Notes under the pieces: generated by a model
Seen by the model: only the letters and a program-made list of their open reading frames with translations
Told to the model about the DNA's origin: nothing
Databases searched by the model: none
Program-made: the position numbers and the translations under genes
Assembly (NCBI RefSeq): GCF_964204645.1
Contig: NC_134031.1
Location: 8,246,001 to 8,310,000 of the forward strand
Direction: 5' to 3'
Length of the DNA stretch: 64,000 bases
Source of the DNA: Tubulanus polymorphus
Taxonomy: Eukaryota > Animalia > Nemertea
Shown: positions 59,301 to 64,000 of the stretch, piece by piece
Numbering within the stretch: the stretch's first letter is position 1
How the letters are laid out: each line of letters opens with the position of its first letter

Positions 59301-62300
59301 GATATGAAGCCAGTGTTTGGCCAGCCCCTACCAACGTTAAGAATGCTGTCCCTGCCAGAACCAGAAAGAGGACAGTAGAGCCCCAACCAGCCCCTGAGAG
59401 TTTAAGTTCCGGCACTTCAGGGAGTGATGATGAGGAGATTATCTGGAGGCGCCCAAACGACCGGATTGTGGCAGTACCAACAGATGACGCTGCACTATCG
59501 AAGCAGAGACAGAAGTCGATCCCCCAGCGGGTCCGGCTGTGGAAAAGGCCCAGCCGCATCCACCGGCCGACAACGGAGATCAATTTTGTCGTCTGCGTCT
59601 GTGACTTTGTTTGTCATTGTTCTATACCGGTAACAAGTATAGCTGTCAATGGTCACTGTGCCACCTGCTGTCAGCGATGGTCCAGAATCCGGGAGAAGAA
59701 AGACCTGTGGCTGAATAAAGCGCCAAAATTGCTGCAAGACAGAGAACACCTCACCGGTTAAACTCTCTGCTCTCCAGCCAACTTAACCTTTTTCACGGCC
59801 ATCCATGTCGTTGGGACGGTTTAATCGGCTTGGGACAGAACTCAGCTGTTTGATATCCCGGCATGAGGGCACAAGTTTATGCCTCGAAGATACACTGGAG
59901 AAGCTTTAACGGCAGCTTCGAGTTGGAGATCGTCGTTGTCCAATCCTTCTGCTGAGTGACTCGATGTTCAAAGGAGTCAAGTGCAGCGATAACTTGTATG
60001 TAATCGCTAACTCAGGAGAACGATACAACTGATGAGCATCAGTAGCTCAGCTGTCGTCATTAACCACAGGGTTAATTACGTGCGGGATTTCGGTGACACC
60101 GTCAAGGAGATATATTCCTTAGCAAAAACGATACGGCAGATGTATCCCCTTGTCCTGATTTTCCACCTTCGCGTTCCAAAGGCCCCGTGTATGAGAGCCA
60201 AGGCTAGGACGGTCATCCCGATTGACCGTTTCAATCTACACTTCGAGAAAGCTGGGTTCACCATCGAACATCCAGATCTTCCAGACCATGACTAGAGAGG
60301 GATCCATTATCGGCCGAAGGCAGTCAACGAAGTAGTTTGTCATGTTATTACCTCCGTCAAGAGTCATCTAGAGTCCTAAATTTGTAGTTAGGACACCTAA
60401 CTACGGTCAATACCCACTCTAGAAACCCGGCCTTTTGACTCATGCATCCCTGCCTCAGTCCTGGTTCTATGCGTTAGAACTTTTCTGCTGGCCTCTTACT
60501 TTTACTTTTTCAGCACTATTGGAATCATCATACATCATAGACCATCACTTGTATATAGACTATCACTTGTATATAGACCATCATTTGTATATAGACCGCA
60601 AGTCCCGACACGTGAGTAGGTATGGGGATGGCGGGGCCAACACCATATATCGGTAAATGGCCAGCCATCCAACCTGCAGTGGTGAACCCTAGTCTACCTC
60701 GTGCTTCAGGATTCAGCGGAAGTGTAAATAATCATCTAGACTCGTATGGACACTATGCTATAACATTGTGCGTTATCCGAACTTTTTTCGATGGATCCCT
60801 GCGCATTGGACTTAATGTTATCGTGTTGGACTTATAGTATTACGAAAGTTATTTTTTTGCTACTGAACCGTGTTTCAGTACACATTTTTAGGGGGGAGTG
60901 GTGTAACGGCGTTACTCCCAACGTTATTATATTGTAGTATAGTGTATTTGTAATTGTGATAATAAATGTTAACGATAGGTGGCGTATCTATTGCTCTCTT
61001 GAAAAGAATCCATTGCCCTGGTGAGTTGTGTGTGCTTCTATTGTCCCGGTTAAAGACCCTGATTGTCCCTATTCCAGCGACGATTAACCCTGATATATCC
61101 ATAAGAATACCTATATCAATAATACTTACATCAATAATATGACAATTGCTACACATCACCTAAAAATAACTAGATAGGTCTACAGATGAACGGATGGATG
61201 GAGGAATGATGGACAAAAACTGAAAATATTAGCCTGCTTCTTTACTCTCTAAGTTTCATTTTTTTTCCAACTTTTCTGACTGGAGCAAGTTTTACTGTTA
61301 ATTTAGACTAGTCCTTGAGAATGAATATGACTTACCACTTGGTCAAGAGAGGGATCTTTAAGTTGGTCTATCAGTAAATGCATACAAAACTTGATATTGA
61401 TTGGATTTTCTTTCCCTGAATTTTAAGAAAAATGAGAAACCTGTCAATTACAGTACCGGGCTTTCATTCGAAGTAAAACCATGTCTAGGATATATGGTAC
61501 ATCTAACTTCAATTGGGACACAGCCAGAACCACATCTTTCAATGAGAAAAAAATATTCTTAAACCAGTTCATTATATTACCATTTTGAAGACAATCCTGG
61601 AGACAATCCAGAGTAGGTTTTAGGATATTTGGTACAGCATTTGAGGTTGAAATCAAAACTCTCATAAAATCATGAACATCTCTAGCAGTCAACATCTGGA
61701 TTCCTTTCTAAAAATCAAATTGCAAAGAACTTTTTATCTATAACCTGCATTTTCTGGTATTATTTTCCACAAAGTAAACACAGTTAACCTTGTTAACTCT
61801 AGCATGCAATATTTTGAACTACACGTACCTTTTGAAAAATGACACTTATCTTCGTCAAACTTGTGACAACTGATTTAAATTGAGTGATTTTACTGCTAGA
61901 TATTGTTTCTTTCACTGGCCGCAGAATCATTCCTTCAAATTCATTAAATTCTTTATCAAACCTGAAAATAATCAAATAAACATTGAACCAAGGGATGACT
62001 GGATGGATGGATTGCAGTTTTAAGAATATTCTGACATCAAGCTTGCTTTATTCTGGCTTAATCATCACTTTTCCTCAAGTACAAATAAAGGCTTCATTAT
62101 CTTGTGTCTGTGGAAAATTCAGCATTTATAAACCGTCATTTTGCATAAAGCAAAACTATAGCTGCGATCACACGACCAAAAACGTCGGACCAGGCCCGAG
62201 CCAAATTTTAGCATCAGACAAATGATTGCGTTTGAATTGCAACTGGCACCGGAAATGATCCACTTCGCTTTGTTTGAGCATGGTTTAGTCTCGAGGCACG

Positions 62301-62877
62301 GGCCAACTTCGCTTTGTTTGAGCATGGTTTAGTATCGAGGCATGGGCCAAATTTGGCCTGAGCCTGATCGGTACCAATTTGGCCCGGGCAAAATTGTCTC
62401 CGTGTGATAGCGGCTTATTATGCTGGTAAATGTCCTGTTTAAAAGTACTGTTTTTACATAAAATAGCATCAGATAAACCATCACAGTACGAATGAATAAA
62501 TAACAACAGGTGTGACAATGTTTTAAATTGATCAGACCATCCTGTCTTGATTTACAGCCTCGGTCAGCATGCAGTACAATACACAAACTAGGGGACCAGG
62601 GACACCATGCCCACTTCAGTAGATCTTAGCAAAGATGAAGATAATCTGCAGGCATAAAAGTAAGTAAAGTAAGGCCTGTGAATGATTGAGGATTCTTTCC
62701 CAAATATTTTGTGGAAACTTGTGACATTCTCTAGGCTTCTGGGAAAAATCAATAAACAGTTACCTGATAAATAAACAAGTCATTAAATCGATTGCTGCAA
62801 TTACATATCCTTTTTTTATCAAATTATCTGGAACACCAATCAGCTTCTCGACAACAGTGGAAGATTCATTACTTTTA
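49774..62877 (-). CDS. BRAT1: BRAT1 (BRCA1-associated ATM activator 1 / Integrator assembly factor) ortholog; last 7 exons, 5'-partial
   Basis: Phase-consistent exons encoding the HEAT-repeat motifs WEVRDSTTEFI, DRESYVRVAAV, DDESNLVRRAA and DSDWEVK, and the C-terminus PMSLLEDIL...NLLDCY*, all characteristic of BRAT1. Confidence 0.9.
50902..51418. mobile_element. Tigger/pogo-like MITE
   Basis: TIR cagtagaa.tg.cgtaagt.ggaca with TA TSD. Confidence 0.75.
52145..52293 (-). CDS. BRAT1: BRAT1 exon (DRESYVR)
   Basis: ttctag/gtaaca, phase 1-0. Confidence 0.9.
52514..52688 (-). CDS. BRAT1: BRAT1 exon (WEVRDST)
   Basis: ttacag/gtaaga, phase 0-1. Confidence 0.9.
54228..57111 (-). mobile_element. ~2.9-kb non-autonomous Helentron family B, complete copy in a BRAT1 intron
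   Basis: Hairpin gctgcgaagcagc plus subTIR gggttttctg at left; (AAT)n, inverted repeat agagttttctgt-gaagca-acagaaaaccct and subTIR at right; AA flanks. Confidence 0.88.
59649..60379 (+). pseudogene. Gypsy extra ORF3, SGNH/GDSL hydrolase-like, disrupted
   Basis: ILLLSDSMFKGV (59943), IANSG, VVINHRVNY and D*RGIHY appear in SGNH block order; several stops and one frameshift near 60030. Confidence 0.6.
60902..61130 (+). repeat. Putative Gypsy 3' LTR (TGTAA...TTACA)
   Basis: Follows the PPT directly; AATAAA at 60961. Confidence 0.65.
61336..61415 (-). CDS. BRAT1: BRAT1 exon (...QLKDPSLDQV)
   Basis: attcag/gtaagt, phase 1-0; joins VVEKVY across an 8.6-kb intron. Confidence 0.82.
61581..61707 (-). 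CDS. BRAT1: BRAT1 exon
   Basis: ttttag/gtaata, phase 0-1. Confidence 0.8.
61829..61961 (-). CDS. BRAT1: BRAT1 exon
   Basis: tttcag/gtacgt, phase 2-0. Confidence 0.8.
62764..62877 (-). CDS. BRAT1: BRAT1 exon (first within window)
   Basis: tttcag/gtaact, phase 2-2, open frame. Confidence 0.75.
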
Positions 62878-62969
62878 CTGAAAGAAAAACCATACTATTT
62901 GATGCCATTGAGACAATATTGATCATATTTTCTCGTCAAACAAAACTGGGCAAAATGTCTTAATTGTGG

Positions 62970-63310
62970 CTAACTAGGGGTCCAGGGACACCACGCCCAC
63001 CTGGGAAGTGGTTTGAAATACTCAATAATCAGAAAATTTTAATATTCAATGCCCCTGGTGAACATATAAGGAAAGAAATTACCTTGAAACTCACCACAAT
63101 CATAGAAAATGTCACGAGCTACAATTTTGCAATTGATTGTGGTTACAAAATATGCCAAAGGACCTACAATATGAAAGTACTAAGTTATGAGGCAATTCTA
63201 GCTACCTGGGGACCATATAAAAAACCAGTAACCTTGACACACACCACAATCATAAAATATGTCACAAGCTAAAATATGTCACAAGCTACAATTTTGCTAT
63301 TCATTGTGAT
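62970..63310 (-). mobile_element. Family A HINE interrupted by the BEL/Pao element; a short left-end fragment also lies at 62586-62617
   Basis: aactaggggtccagggacaccacgcccac followed by units. Confidence 0.75.
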
Positions 63311-64000
63311 TGTCGGGAAATCCTTGGTATCCGAGGAACTGAATCAGTGTTCAAATGATAGATGTTTATTTACAGCTATATACATACAGAATACATCGGG
63401 ACAGCTAGCGTGTCTCTTTCCATACTAAAGGTTTTAAAAACAGTTTCAGCCCTATTCAGCCTACCGTGACACTCACGTGATCATGTGATTATAGTACTAA
63501 ACACACCGAGAAGTCGGCCTAAGATGCCGACAATCCCGGCGCAACGAAAATATAAATGTAAGAGCAGTTTAATACAGTTTATCAGATTAATCAAAGAAAA
63601 AAAATACAACACTTTCAAACCTAATTTTCTAACAGAAAAATAAAAATTAACGAAGATACTTTATACATACACCAAATATGTAATATGTCAACGTAATACC
63701 AAACATAGTTAGTATTAAACAGTGTTAATGCATTATCATTAAACCATACCAGCATCGAATAGTTTTTTATTTTCTCTGATGCCTCTTTAGCCAATTCTCT
63801 TTGTGGTTTATTAGTCAAACCTTTTCTTCTAACCTGAAGACCTCGGGGGAGACGACCTTGGTTGAAGCTGAAACTTCGAGAGGAAACAGCTTCGAAACTG
63901 GATGGTTTGTAAACCCATTCGACGTTCTTAGGCTAACTGATCTAATGAAACCATCACTGCTCTGTTTTAAGTCAGTAATAACAGCTAACCTCCAACAAGG
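63311..64000 (-). mobile_element. 3' end of a BEL/Pao LTR retrotransposon (LTR 63311-63532)
   Basis: Minus-strand WRLAVITDLKQSSDGFIRSVSLRTSNGFTNHPVSKLFPLEV is the DUF5641-type pol C-terminus; gcgccgggat tract directly before the LTR; LTR termini tgtcgg...ccgaca; AATAAA inside the LTR. Confidence 0.85.

Larger units (their letters stand above)
57506..61130 (+). mobile_element. Decayed Gypsy (Ty3) LTR retrotransposon: 5' LTR missing, protease and RT deleted
   Basis: Gag PKTYTPGHNFKAWLERFDSYC; RNase H tail TDHAAFKWL..YDFDIEHRTG..NADALSR; integrase HLG..RFW..CQKCQ and IHSDRGANFES..TRTTSYHPMGNGQV; PPT aggggggagtgg at 60890-60901. Confidence 0.9.

Overview
AT-rich, intron-rich animal genomic DNA; the repeat content suggests a marine invertebrate, but the species cannot be determined from sequence alone. 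Two conserved genes lie in tandem on the minus strand. The first is the 5' part of CEP350: 28 coding exons reconstructed by hand between 25714 and 69 with GT-AG boundaries and consistent phases, 1571 codons, running off the left edge. The second is the 3' part of BRAT1: 7 exons between 62877 and 49774, ending in the conserved ...DCY* C-terminus and running off the right edge. The remainder is a dense, layered transposon landscape. It includes about 15 copies or fragments of a Helentron-type non-autonomous (HINE-like) element with an internal 154-bp tandem array, two near-identical ~2.9-kb non-autonomous Helentrons, and a decayed Gypsy with an extra 3' ORF resembling an SGNH/GDSL hydrolase. It also includes the 3' end of a BEL/Pao element, two LINE 3' fragments, a 6.8-kb TIR element with a 5-bp TSD holding a decayed piggyBac-like transposase, a Zator-like element, many MITEs, and a 1.3-kb inverted repeat that mirrors an exon-like cassette. 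The most notable observations are that every Helentron-type copy has the same orientation (co-oriented with both genes) and that several are inserted into older copies of themselves, plus the Gypsy SGNH-like ORF3 and the palindrome upstream of CEP350. All family assignments come from motif recognition by eye; no database search was run.
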